Both the position numbers and the translations under genes were made by a program. Below, piece after piece: positions 1-9,256 of a stretch of DNA of 64,000 bases (position 1 is its first letter; each line of letters starts with the position of its first letter). The stretch comes from an uncultured Candidatus Saccharibacteria bacterium. Its GTDB lineage: Bacteria > Patescibacteriota > Minisyncoccia > Phycocordibacterales > UBA2100. Under the pieces are notes generated by a model. The model had not been told where the DNA came from, searched no databases, and saw only the letters and a list, made by a program, of their open reading frames with translations. The stretch spans positions 8,242-72,241 of the forward strand of contig CAYNND010000002.1 of assembly GCA_964398775.1 (NCBI GenBank), written 5' to 3'.

Positions 1-11
1 AAACGGTCCCT

Positions 12-500
12 ATGTTTACTCAAAGCCTTAACACGCTTAAGGCGCAGCTCAAGAAAGCGGAGGATTTTGCAGCAGCAAGAAATGTCGATGTAAATAAATT
101 ACTCCTTGATCGCATCGTCTTTGACCAATTCCCTCTTGTAAAACAAGTGCAGCTCTGCAGTGATATTGCAAAACGCACGGCAGGAGTACTCGCTAAAGTT
201 GAGGTTCCAAAGTATGAAGACAACGAAGAGACGTTTGCTCAACTCTACGCACGAATTGATAGGACGCTCGAATTTCTTGCAACTATTTCACCAGAGCAAA
301 TGGAGATTGGACATACTGAAGTCATTCCAATGAGTTGGATGCCATCGAAAGGAATCCCCGCAAGAGAGTATGTGTCTGCATATGCACTTCCAAACTTTTA
401 CTTCCACGCGACAGTCGCATACTCAATCATGAGAAAAAATGGAGTTACACTCGGAAAGGCAGACTTCCTTGGTCAGCTCCCGCTTGTTGATGTGAAATAG
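12..500 (+). CDS. DUF1993 family protein
   Basis: 162 aa. The C-terminal 'LPNFYFHATVAYSIMRKNGVTLGKADFLG' block matches the conserved signature of the DUF1993 (PF09351) family as I recall it. Confidence 0.65.
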   Translation: MFTQSLNTLKAQLKKAEDFAAARNVDVNKLLLDRIVFDQFPLVKQVQLCSDIAKRTAGVLAKVEVPKYEDNEETFAQLYARIDRTLEFLATISPEQMEIGHTEVIPMSWMPSKGIPAREYVSAYALPNFYFHATVAYSIMRKNGVTLGKADFLGQLPLVDVK

Positions 501-501
501 C

Positions 502-1416
502 ATGAGTGACGCCCTTACAATAACCGGTCTTACAAAACGCTACGAAAACGGTACTGAAGCACTCAAGGGTGTCTCACTTTCCATACCTGAAGGTGATTTC
601 TTTGCGCTACTTGGACCTAATGGTGCTGGGAAAACTACCATTATTGGTATTACTACTGGCATTGTTACTAAAACGAGTGGTGAGGTTTCAGTCTTTGGAA
701 CTTCAATAGACAAAGAACCGGATAGCGTAAAATCGCATATTGGTATTGTCCCCCAAGAAGTAAATTTCAATATTTTTGAAAAACCACTTGATATAGTCAT
801 CAACCAAGGTGGTTACTACGGGATGTCACGAGCTGAAGCACAACCTCGTGCACACGAACTCCTCGAAAAACTTGGTCTCGGTGACAAGAAAGAAGTTATG
901 TCACGCACACTTTCAGGCGGCATGAAGCGACGACTTATGATTGCACGTGCACTCATACACAAACCTAAGCTACTCATTCTTGATGAGCCGACTGCGGGAG
1001 TTGATGTTGAGCTTCGCAGAGGAATGTGGGATTTTCTCAAGACACTGACAAGCGATGGTGTAACGATACTGCTCACGACTCATTACCTTGAAGAAGCTGA
1101 GCATCTTTGCAAACGTGTTGCAATCATCAACAAGGGTCTTATTGTAAAAAACACATTGATGTCTGAACTGCTCTCTAACCAAGAACAGCGAACGTTTATC
1201 ATTGAAGCTGCTCATACGATAAACCCTGCTCATTTTGAGCAGATAAAGAAGCTTGGCTTTCGGACCGTGTCTCAAAACAGCGTTGAAATCACCGTCTCAG
1301 GTGATGGTGCACTCACCGAGAGTATAAAAGCAGTACTCTCGGCAGGAATACTCATACACAATGTTACGCAGAAGGGCGGGCGCTTGGAAGATATATTTGT
1401 TTCACTCACTACATAA
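502..1416 (+). CDS. ABC transporter ATP-binding protein (ABC-2 type exporter)
   Basis: Walker A 'GPNGAGKTT', ABC signature 'LSGGMKRR', and Walker B 'LLILDEPTAGVD'. Starts 1 nt after the upstream stop and is followed by a permease. Confidence 0.9.
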   Translation: MSDALTITGLTKRYENGTEALKGVSLSIPEGDFFALLGPNGAGKTTIIGITTGIVTKTSGEVSVFGTSIDKEPDSVKSHIGIVPQEVNFNIFEKPLDIVINQGGYYGMSRAEAQPRAHELLEKLGLGDKKEVMSRTLSGGMKRRLMIARALIHKPKLLILDEPTAGVDVELRRGMWDFLKTLTSDGVTILLTTHYLEEAEHLCKRVAIINKGLIVKNTLMSELLSNQEQRTFIIEAAHTINPAHFEQIKKLGFRTVSQNSVEITVSGDGALTESIKAVLSAGILIHNVTQKGGRLEDIFVSLTT

Positions 1417-1418
1417 CC

Positions 1419-2195
1419 ATGAATACTACTCAGATGTGGAATGCTTACTACACGATTATCAGAAAAGAGACTGTACGTATTTTTCGTATTTGGGGACAGA
1501 CATTTCTTCCTTCGGTAATCATGTCTCTTCTGTACTTTACGGTATTCGGAAAAATTCTCGGTGAACGCGTTGGAGAAATCCAAGGATTCCCCTATATTCA
1601 ATTTGTTGTACCTGGCCTCGTCATGCTCTCTGTTATCACAAACGCTTTTACAAATACATCGACGAGCTTCTTTGCTGCAAAGTTCATGTCAAGAAATATT
1701 GATGAAATCCTAGTGTCTCCGACGCCACCGTGGGTTATCATCGCTGGCTATGTCACCGGTGGAGTCATCCGAGGAATCATTGTGGGCACTCTCGTAATTG
1801 CTGTCTCACTACTCTATGCAGTACCCCCACTGCATAGCATCTTTGTTATCTTTCTCTTTCTTGTTCTAGCGGCAATCCTCTTCTCCCTTGGCGGCTTAGT
1901 GAATGGAATATACGGAAAGACATTTGATGCAATCTCTATAGTACCTACCTTCGTCATAACACCAATCGTCTATTTGGCTGGAGTATTCTATTCTGTGCAC
2001 CAACTCCCCCCATTCTTCCAAAACTTGACCTATATCAATCCAATCTTCTATATAATCAATGGCTTTAGATATGGCTTTCTTGGCATAGCTGATGTACCAC
2101 TCGCGACATCTATTACCGTACTGCTTGCACTCATCACTACACTGCTTTTTGCTAGTATGTACCTCGTGCGAAATGGACTTGGACTAAAACAGTAG
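1419..2195 (+). CDS. ABC-2 family transporter permease
   Basis: 258 aa with about six hydrophobic helices. Its start overlaps or abuts the stop of the ABC ATPase gene (translational coupling). Confidence 0.75.
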   Translation: MNTTQMWNAYYTIIRKETVRIFRIWGQTFLPSVIMSLLYFTVFGKILGERVGEIQGFPYIQFVVPGLVMLSVITNAFTNTSTSFFAAKFMSRNIDEILVSPTPPWVIIAGYVTGGVIRGIIVGTLVIAVSLLYAVPPLHSIFVIFLFLVLAAILFSLGGLVNGIYGKTFDAISIVPTFVITPIVYLAGVFYSVHQLPPFFQNLTYINPIFYIINGFRYGFLGIADVPLATSITVLLALITTLLFASMYLVRNGLGLKQ

Positions 2196-2199
2196 CATC

Positions 2200-2862
2200 T
2201 TACCAATCTATCGGTGACAGACCCCATACACGGAGCTGGTTATTTGTTTTAGTAAACGGCTTGCTTCCAAAAAAACCGTTGTGGGCAGAGAGTGGTGATG
2301 GATGTGCTGATTCAATAACACAATGACGAGCTCTGTCGATAAAAGCACCCTTCTTCCGCGCATAATTACCCCATAAAATAAAGACAATATGTTCGCGCTG
2401 CTCAGCGAGTACATGAAGCGCTGCATCTGTAAATGTTTCCCAGCCTTTTCCTTGGTGGCTCCCAGCCACAGAGGAGCGAACAGTCAATGTTGCGTTTAAA
2501 AGCAGGACACCTTGCTGCGCCCAGCGCTCTAAGTTTGCATCATGTGATACAGATGTCCCAAGGTCACTTTCGAGTTCTTTAAAAATGTTCTGCAGAGATG
2601 GTGGCACGGGGACACCATCATTTACAGCAAAGCACAGCCCATTTGCTTGCCCTATTCCATGGTATGGATCTTGCCCTACTATAACTACTTTCACTTTCTC
2701 AAATGGACACTCATCGAAAGCACGAAATACATTTTTAGGATGTGGATAGACTATGCCTCGCTTGTATTCATCACGAACGTACGCAGAGAGTTTGGTGAAG
2801 TACGGCTTCTCAAACTCTGAAAGCAATCGTGACTTCCAACTTGCCTCAAGTTTCACTGTCAT
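2200..2862 (-). CDS. ung: uracil-DNA glycosylase (family 1)
   Basis: Canonical UNG motif 'VVIVGQDPYHGIGQANGLCFAV' (GQDPYH water-activating loop). The C-terminal 'HPSPLSA' matches the family 1 UDG leucine-loop region. Confidence 0.9.
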   Translation of the reverse strand: MTVKLEASWKSRLLSEFEKPYFTKLSAYVRDEYKRGIVYPHPKNVFRAFDECPFEKVKVVIVGQDPYHGIGQANGLCFAVNDGVPVPPSLQNIFKELESDLGTSVSHDANLERWAQQGVLLLNATLTVRSSVAGSHQGKGWETFTDAALHVLAEQREHIVFILWGNYARKKGAFIDRARHCVIESAHPSPLSAHNGFFGSKPFTKTNNQLRVWGLSPIDW

Positions 2863-2891
2863 TTCTGGATAGTATCACGTATACTTTCGCC

Positions 2892-3491
2892 ATGTCATCT
2901 CGAGATAGGCTCGTACTCACTATTACACTTGCGATACTCATAGTACTCACCACGTGGGGTTCGCACACAACAAAAGAGCCACAGAGCATCCCAAAACAGC
3001 CCACAGCTGTTACACCTCCTACCGAGGATATTCAGGAAATACAGCCTAAAGTGCAGGCACCTGATGTGGAACCTACTGCACCTTCTACTCCAGTCAAATC
3101 ACTGCACCGGGTTATTCGAGTGGTTGATGGTGATACATTTATTATCGACGGAGGACAGTCTGTCCGCATGATTGGCATGAATACTCCAGAACTCTACCCT
3201 CGTGATGGCTCTGAAAAAGACTGCTACGCCGCAGAAGCAACGGCACGGACCATTGACCTTATATTTCAAAAAGAAGTGGAGCTCGTCAAGGATGTTTCAA
3301 ATACTGATAAGTACGGACGACTCCTTCGCTATGTGTATGTGGGAGATATTTTTGTGAACCTAGACCTTGTGAAAGGTGGTTTTGCGCGAGTGCGGGCATA
3401 TAAACCAGATACAAAACACCACACTGAGTTGCTCAAGGCAATGAACATTGCCGCGGAAGAAAAGCGAGGACTCTGGGGTACCTGCAACTAA
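2892..3491 (+). CDS. membrane-anchored thermonuclease (staphylococcal nuclease / SNase-like)
   Basis: N-terminal transmembrane helix followed by an SNase fold: 'VIRVVDGDTFIID...VRMIGMNTPE...RLLRYVYV...GLW'. The longest ORF starts at 2829 and overlaps ung by 34 nt, so the internal ATG at 2892 was chosen. Confidence 0.75.
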   Translation: MSSRDRLVLTITLAILIVLTTWGSHTTKEPQSIPKQPTAVTPPTEDIQEIQPKVQAPDVEPTAPSTPVKSLHRVIRVVDGDTFIIDGGQSVRMIGMNTPELYPRDGSEKDCYAAEATARTIDLIFQKEVELVKDVSNTDKYGRLLRYVYVGDIFVNLDLVKGGFARVRAYKPDTKHHTELLKAMNIAAEEKRGLWGTCN

Positions 3492-3522
3492 AAAGAGCAT
3501 CTTTTGAGATGCTCTTTTGTAT
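3491..3522. terminator. bidirectional Rho-independent terminator
   Basis: Perfect hairpin AAAAGAGCATC-ttttga-GATGCTCTTTTGT, flanked by an A-run and a T-run, between the convergent SNase (+) and Excalibur (-) genes. Confidence 0.8.
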
Positions 3523-3537
3523 GTATATCTCTATATA

Positions 3538-3981
3538 CTATCGTGCCATTTGTGGGCGTGCTTCGCATACAGTACCGTCTTTATCACCATCAAGGCGATA
3601 TACGTCCATATTTGTACCGAGTCCCTTGCAGCGCTCATAGACTGACTGAGCCTCTGGCTGAGTCTTGAAGTCATCACAGTTATAGTCGATATCCTGCGCT
3701 GTGCAGAATGCATCCACACTGCCTGGAATAAGGTTCCCCGCCTCGTCTCGCTGAATCTGTGATGCAGCAAAAGAGCCCGTTTTAACAAGCTGCACCACAT
3801 CGTAATCAGTATTTTTTGCTTCCATACCAAAAGCGAGCATGAGTAAACCAATAGCGCCGCCAATGACTACTTTAGCCCACGTTGTCTTTGCAAAGAAAAA
3901 TGCAATAAAACCAAGCACAATAAGGGCGCCAATCACCCACAATCGCACTTTTTTATTTCCACGTAGTTCCCGAAAATTCAT
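3538..3981 (-). CDS. membrane protein with C-terminal Excalibur calcium-binding domain
   Basis: N-terminal transmembrane helix '[18 protein letters not shown]'. The C-terminus 'DYNCDDF...[12 protein letters not shown]' matches the Excalibur DxDxDGxxCE motif. Confidence 0.6.
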   Translation of the reverse strand: MNFRELRGNKKVRLWVIGALIVLGFIAFFFAKTTWAKVVIGGAIGLLMLAFGMEAKNTDYDVVQLVKTGSFAASQIQRDEAGNLIPGSVDAFCTAQDIDYNCDDFKTQPEAQSVYERCKGLGTNMDVYRLDGDKDGTVCEARPQMAR

Positions 3982-3982
3982 G

Positions 3983-4306
3983 TTATTTATTGAGCTGAGT
4001 AATTATGTAGTAGAACACTGCTCGGTACTTCCGCTTGATAGGCTTCATCTTAAGTGCTGCCTTTTTGATAAGCTTCATTCCAAGCGCCTTGTCTGCGATC
4101 TTGAGCTCATCGGCAACAAAGTTTGTGTACACTCGTTCAAGCTCTGCCTCATCTGCTATCGCAACCAACTGAGCATCCTGCTTAAAATTTGCCGCACCCA
4201 ATTTCTCAACAACCTTTCCAAATACCTCTACATTGAGGGGAACTTTTGTTGCCTGTACTTGTTTTAGATATGCTGAAACGAGCGCGAATTTATCTTGTTT
4301 TGCCAT
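3983..4306 (-). CDS. hypothetical protein
   Basis: 107-aa ORF lying 1 nt upstream of, and on the same strand as, the Excalibur gene. No recognisable motif. Confidence 0.4.
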   Translation of the reverse strand: MAKQDKFALVSAYLKQVQATKVPLNVEVFGKVVEKLGAANFKQDAQLVAIADEAELERVYTNFVADELKIADKALGMKLIKKAALKMKPIKRKYRAVFYYIITQLNK

Positions 4307-4326
4307 GTGTGAATATTAACGAATAA

Positions 4327-4572
4327 GTGCGGCTAGTGTACCATATACTTTTGCGCAGTCAGCACTATGGTATACTCACCGAGATGGTTGGCATGTGGTG
4401 GTTTATGTTGCTGTTTTCATTTATTGCGTACTTTGGGTATGGGATTGTACTCATGTATCACTGGTTCAGCTATTCCCTTGACTCCCGCGCTGCATTCCTC
4501 GCAGCGATTGCGTACAATGGAGCTGGGTGCCTTCTGGTGCTCTTTATGACTTCTGCGATTCTTTCAATGTAA
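4327..4572 (+). CDS. hypothetical small membrane protein
   Basis: 81 aa with two hydrophobic helices. Only ORF in this gap and immediately upstream of the PH-domain gene. Confidence 0.3.
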   Translation: MRLVYHILLRSQHYGILTEMVGMWWFMLLFSFIAYFGYGIVLMYHWFSYSLDSRAAFLAAIAYNGAGCLLVLFMTSAILSM

Positions 4573-4575
4573 CGT

Positions 4576-5139
4576 ATGAGCCACTTCACGAACCACATAC
4601 TCGATGAAAATGAGCGCATGCTCCTCAAGGTACGCAAACATTGGTTCCTTATTTTTAGAGATATTTTTGGAATTGTATGTATGGTACTTGTTCCGCTTGT
4701 CTTCATAAGCGTCACCCCTATCGGCATAAGTATGATGGGCACCGCTCAAGGTGTATTCCTTACCTGCCTGTGGTTCATGGCAGGCTCCATTGCAATGGCA
4801 ACGGTTTGGACAAACTACTATCTCGATGTATGGATTGTTACGGATAAGCGCATTGTTAACGTAGAGCAGATAACATTGTTCAGTCGAGAAACAACAACGA
4901 TGCGCATCGAGCGTATTCAGGACGCGACAGTTGAGGTGCACGGCTTTCTTCCTACAATGCTCGGATATGGAAACTTGCGAATCCAGAGCGCCGGAGATAA
5001 CGGAGAGCACATGATGTTTCAAGGGCTTCCAAATCCTGAGTATGTCCGTGGCATAGTGCTCGAACAAGTGGATGCAGTTACAGAACACAAAAACAGTCTT
5101 ACTTTTACTCAGAATGAGCGCCCTATTTCTACCGAATAA
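4576..5139 (+). CDS. bacterial PH-domain (bPH_2 / YdbS-YdbT-like) membrane protein
   Basis: N-terminal 'ERMLLKVRKHWFLIF' followed by two transmembrane helices and then a beta-rich domain. This layout is typical of the bPH_2 family. Confidence 0.55.
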   Translation: MSHFTNHILDENERMLLKVRKHWFLIFRDIFGIVCMVLVPLVFISVTPIGISMMGTAQGVFLTCLWFMAGSIAMATVWTNYYLDVWIVTDKRIVNVEQITLFSRETTTMRIERIQDATVEVHGFLPTMLGYGNLRIQSAGDNGEHMMFQGLPNPEYVRGIVLEQVDAVTEHKNSLTFTQNERPISTE

Positions 5140-5144
5140 GCACT

Positions 5145-5855
5145 ATGAATTCACGCATTAGCCATGAACGCATCAAGTGGTGGTCACTCATCTTTTGGTT
5201 AACAACGGTCGGTGCAGTATTTCTCTACGTGTGGCTCAGTGAAGTGCGACTGGTAGAAATTGTGCGCGCAATTTTTTTCTACACAACAAGTTCCTATGTA
5301 GGGCCGCTATGGTTTATTGCTCTCTATGCAATTCGCCCACTCCTCTTTCTTCCAGTTGTGTTTCTTTCATCCCTTGGCGGCATGATGTTTGGTTTTTGGC
5401 CAGGACTTATATATGTACTCACCGGAGAAACTATCTCATGCAGTATTGCATTCTGTATCGGCAGATACTTTGGTGCCGACTTTATCAAAGATGATGCTGA
5501 CCACCTCTCATCACGCATCAAACGGCATGTACAGCAGCACCCATTCTTTGCAGTTCTCATGATGAGACTCGCGTTTCTCCCATATGAAGTAGTTGATTAT
5601 GCTTCGGCGATATTTGGCGCGCGATTCTATCCTTACTTTATGGCAACCTTTATTGGGAGCATTCCTGGGGCAATCACCCTTACATCAGTCGGCGCCTCAA
5701 TCAAGAATGTAGAAGATGTAAAACTCTCACTCCTTGAAATTGATGAGCGCCAAGCCTTTTGGACACTTGCTTTTGCGGTAATCTCTCTCGCTATTGCAGT
5801 CGGTGCACATTTTTGGTACACAAAACACACTCGTGTGCATAAACGGCCAGAATAG
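5145..5855 (+). CDS. DedA / TVP38 / TMEM64 family membrane protein
   Basis: Multi-pass membrane protein with the family core 'FLPVVFLSSLGGMMFGFWPGLIYVLTGETISCSIAFCIGRYFG'. Confidence 0.75.
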   Translation: MNSRISHERIKWWSLIFWLTTVGAVFLYVWLSEVRLVEIVRAIFFYTTSSYVGPLWFIALYAIRPLLFLPVVFLSSLGGMMFGFWPGLIYVLTGETISCSIAFCIGRYFGADFIKDDADHLSSRIKRHVQQHPFFAVLMMRLAFLPYEVVDYASAIFGARFYPYFMATFIGSIPGAITLTSVGASIKNVEDVKLSLLEIDERQAFWTLAFAVISLAIAVGAHFWYTKHTRVHKRPE

Positions 5856-5872
5856 TATAAAATCACTTTACT

Positions 5873-7111
5873 ATGGTAAACCAGTCGACAGAAAGTTATA
5901 AGGGCGTGCGAGATTTTTACCCTGAGGATTGTTTTTATCGGGACTATATACTCAATACTCTTGCGAAAACTGCTCAATCATTCGGCTATGAGGAGTACGA
6001 TGCATCAATACTCGAACCGGCTGACTTGTACCGTGGAAAAACAAGTGATGAAATACTCAGTAAGCAGGCATACCTGTTCAAGGACAGGGGTGACCGAGAA
6101 GTCATTTTGAGACCTGAAATGACGCCTACAGTAGCTCGCCTGGTTGCGCATCGACGAACAACACTTGGGTATCCACTTCGACTTTTCTCAAACCCAAACT
6201 GCTTTCGATATGAGCAACCACAACGAGGACGCCTCCGAGAGTTCTGGCAATTCAATGCAGACATGTTCGGACTTTCAGGAATCGATGCAGACGCTGAGAT
6301 TGTCGCACTTGGTCACGCATGCGTAAGAGCATTCGGCGCAACTGAAAAAGACTTTACAATACATGTAAACGATAGGCGCGCATTGAACGCTATTTGGGAT
6401 GAATACAACCTCACTGAGCCGGAACGGAAAAGTGTTATGCATCTGCTTGACGCAAAGGCGAAGATGGAGCCAGCAGCATTTATTGCAGATATGGAAACAG
6501 CCATAGGAAATAGAACAGAACCAGTCTTGCACGCACTTGAAAAGATTGCTGAGTACCCTACCCTTGCAGCCCTTATGAAGACGCTTGCTGCGATGGGTAT
6601 CACCAATGTAAAAGTTGATACTGAGCTTGTGCGTGGCTTTGACTATTATACGGGAGTTATCATGGAAGCTTTTGATACTGACCCGACAAACAGACGCGCG
6701 ATGTACGGTGGCGGTCGCTACGATAACCTGCTTACTCTGTTCGGTGAACAACCTATCCCAACAGTGGGTTTTGCAATCGGGGATGTTGTTATGCGAGACT
6801 TCCTCGAGACACACGGTTTGCTTCCGAAGTATGTTCCAGCTACAGCGGTGATGATTTGTGTTGTCGACGAGCCAGCAATCTTGGCAGCTCATACACTCGC
6901 CCAAACCCTTCGAGCGCGAGGTGTCTCAGTTGCAGTAAACACATCACTACGTAAACTACCTGACCAATTTTCATCTGCCGAAAAGCTCTCTATACCAAAG
7001 GCAATCGTACTTGGCTCAGGAGATACTGATGGCACCTATTCACTCAAAACACTTGGAGTAAAGGAGACTGCGAAATTCGACATCGATGGGCTTGTTTCTG
7101 CACTCGCATAA
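5873..7111 (+). CDS. hisS: histidine--tRNA ligase
   Basis: Class II aaRS motifs: motif 1 region 'ILRPEMTPTVARL', motif 2 'FRYEQPQRGRLREFWQ', and the HisRS-specific 'GGGRYDNL'. A C-terminal anticodon-binding domain is present. Confidence 0.9.
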   Translation: MVNQSTESYKGVRDFYPEDCFYRDYILNTLAKTAQSFGYEEYDASILEPADLYRGKTSDEILSKQAYLFKDRGDREVILRPEMTPTVARLVAHRRTTLGYPLRLFSNPNCFRYEQPQRGRLREFWQFNADMFGLSGIDADAEIVALGHACVRAFGATEKDFTIHVNDRRALNAIWDEYNLTEPERKSVMHLLDAKAKMEPAAFIADMETAIGNRTEPVLHALEKIAEYPTLAALMKTLAAMGITNVKVDTELVRGFDYYTGVIMEAFDTDPTNRRAMYGGGRYDNLLTLFGEQPIPTVGFAIGDVVMRDFLETHGLLPKYVPATAVMICVVDEPAILAAHTLAQTLRARGVSVAVNTSLRKLPDQFSSAEKLSIPKAIVLGSGDTDGTYSLKTLGVKETAKFDIDGLVSALA

Positions 7112-7138
7112 TTCCGATTGTCTCGTATACTATCGACC

Positions 7139-7723
7139 ATGACTTCAATCCGACACATCGTATTTGATATTGAAACTTCAAACACATTTCAAGAAGTAGG
7201 CAGTAGCGATCCTGCAAAGCTCGATCTTGCCCTCGTCGGTATTTACGATTCCTTGACTGACTCATACGATTCGTTTGTGCAAAGTGAACTCCCTCGACTC
7301 TGGGAAGTGCTTGAGAAGTGCGATTTGGTAATTGGGTTTAACTCAGAACACTTTGACCTTCCTCTACTCAACAAGTACTACCCTGGTGACCTTACGAAGC
7401 TTGCACACCTTGATATCCTTACCAAAGTACAGGAAGTGCTCGGACATAGACTCCGACTGCAGTCTTTAGCGGAAGGAACACTCAAGGCAAAAAAAGGTGG
7501 CTCTGGTCTTGAATCGATAGTTTGGTGGAAGAATGGAGAAGTCGAAAAAGTAAGAAAGTATTGCCTCAAAGATGTTGAAATCACTAAAAAGATTTTTGAC
7601 TACGCAGTACTTAACAACGCTCTCAAATATAATGATTTCGGGAGAACACGTGAATTCAAAATTGACGCGAGTGGTTGGTTGCATAAAAATGATGCAACAA
7701 TGACACATACACTACCGTGGTGA
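7139..7723 (+). CDS. DEDDy-type 3'-5' exonuclease (RNase H-like fold)
   Basis: Exo I 'VFDIET', Exo II 'GFNSEHFDLPLL', Exo III 'YCLKDVEIT'. The internal ATG at 7139 was chosen; the longest ORF starts at 7118. Confidence 0.55.
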   Translation: MTSIRHIVFDIETSNTFQEVGSSDPAKLDLALVGIYDSLTDSYDSFVQSELPRLWEVLEKCDLVIGFNSEHFDLPLLNKYYPGDLTKLAHLDILTKVQEVLGHRLRLQSLAEGTLKAKKGGSGLESIVWWKNGEVEKVRKYCLKDVEITKKIFDYAVLNNALKYNDFGRTREFKIDASGWLHKNDATMTHTLPW

Positions 7724-9169
7724 GTCGGCACTTCTTCGCTCTTTTCCACGCGTAGCGTCGACTGCTCCTGTTATATACCTGCCATCAAAACATGAGCCAT
7801 CAAAGTGAGCTATATCAGGATTACCTTCGTGAGCTGCTGCGTACAAATCTGTAATACTTTGATAGTAGATGGCGTCTGCTCCGAGCTCCTGTGCTATCCG
7901 CGCATCACTTTTTCTTTTACCACGTGCATCTACCGCAACAAGTTCATCTTTGGTTGCAATGTCTATGCCATATATACTCTCCGAAACAACAGCAGGGGCT
8001 GTAGAGGCAACATAAACGGCTTTTGCTCCAGCAGCACGAACCATGGAGACAATCTCGTACATAGTAGTACCTCTAACGATTGAATCATCAACAATAAGCA
8101 CTCGCTTCCCTTTGAGCTCAAGCGGAAGTGTAGTCAATTTCCTGCGAACTTTTGAAACACGGCTTGATTGACCACGAGTTATGAATGTGCGACCAATGTA
8201 TCTATTTTTGACAAAACCCTCACGAAATGGAACCTTGAGTACTTGCGCAATCTCAATTGCTGCAGTCCGCGCTGATTCTGGAATTGGCACTACACAATCA
8301 ACACGTACTTTCTTAGCTATGAGCTGCTTCCCTAGTCGCTGACCGAGGCGCATACGTGTGCGGTGCACTGAGATATCGTCAATGAGTGAGTCAGGGCGCG
8401 CAAAATATACAAACTCAAAAATACACGGTGTGTGTTCTTTTTCTTGACCAGTGGTGTATGAAGTAATCATGCCATCAAGCGACACATGCAGGAGCTCTGC
8501 TGGCGCGACATCGCGCTCTATGGTGAACCCACCAATAGAAAAGGCTGCAGATTCCGAGGCTATCATTATGTGCGTATGTGCACCAATCTCACGAGAACCA
8601 ATCACAAGTGGACGGATGCCATGCGGGTCACGAAATGCAAAAATACCGAGTCGCGTGACAGCAAGAACGACACTGTATGCTCCTTGCGCAATTTTCATAA
8701 CTTCAGTTACCGCACTATGAATATCTTCTGCAGTAACGTTATTCTTTGGCAAGAAATGCAGTATTGTATGGAGCAGTAGCTCTGAGTCTGATGTGCTCTT
8801 AAGTCGTGAGCGTTCTGTTTTTGAAAGTACACCTCTGAGGGTGTCACAATTGACGAGATTTCCATTATGCGCAAGCGCAAATGTTGTACCTGAATGATGT
8901 GCGACAAAGGGCTGCACTTCTTTGATACTGTAGCCGCCAGCAGTTCCGTATCGCACATGACCAATACCCGCAGCTCCAAGCAAGTTTTGCAATGAATGCG
9001 CAGAAAAAACATCATGGGCTAGACCAATCCCTCGGTAGGTGTGAATGTGCTCGCCATCAAGTGTCACGATACCTGCAGCATCTTGTCCTCGGTGCTGCAA
9101 GAGATGCAGCCCATCATATATGGTTGTTGCAGCGGGACCGGTTTCTACGACGCCTATGATTCCGCACAT
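7712..9169 (-). CDS. purF: amidophosphoribosyltransferase
   Basis: N-terminal 'MCGIIGV' nucleophile Cys of an Ntn glutamine amidotransferase. The C-terminal PRTase domain carries the 'VLIVDDSIVRGTT' PRPP-binding loop. Confidence 0.9.
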   Translation of the reverse strand: MCGIIGVVETGPAATTIYDGLHLLQHRGQDAAGIVTLDGEHIHTYRGIGLAHDVFSAHSLQNLLGAAGIGHVRYGTAGGYSIKEVQPFVAHHSGTTFALAHNGNLVNCDTLRGVLSKTERSRLKSTSDSELLLHTILHFLPKNNVTAEDIHSAVTEVMKIAQGAYSVVLAVTRLGIFAFRDPHGIRPLVIGSREIGAHTHIMIASESAAFSIGGFTIERDVAPAELLHVSLDGMITSYTTGQEKEHTPCIFEFVYFARPDSLIDDISVHRTRMRLGQRLGKQLIAKKVRVDCVVPIPESARTAAIEIAQVLKVPFREGFVKNRYIGRTFITRGQSSRVSKVRRKLTTLPLELKGKRVLIVDDSIVRGTTMYEIVSMVRAAGAKAVYVASTAPAVVSESIYGIDIATKDELVAVDARGKRKSDARIAQELGADAIYYQSITDLYAAAHEGNPDIAHFDGSCFDGRYITGAVDATRGKERRSADSPR

Positions 9170-9256
9170 GGTTGTGTTCTAAGGAGTAACTGTACCACAG
9201 CACGCTCGGAGAGCAACCGTACTTGTATTCTGATGGATTGAGCGGTAGCGTAGTGT

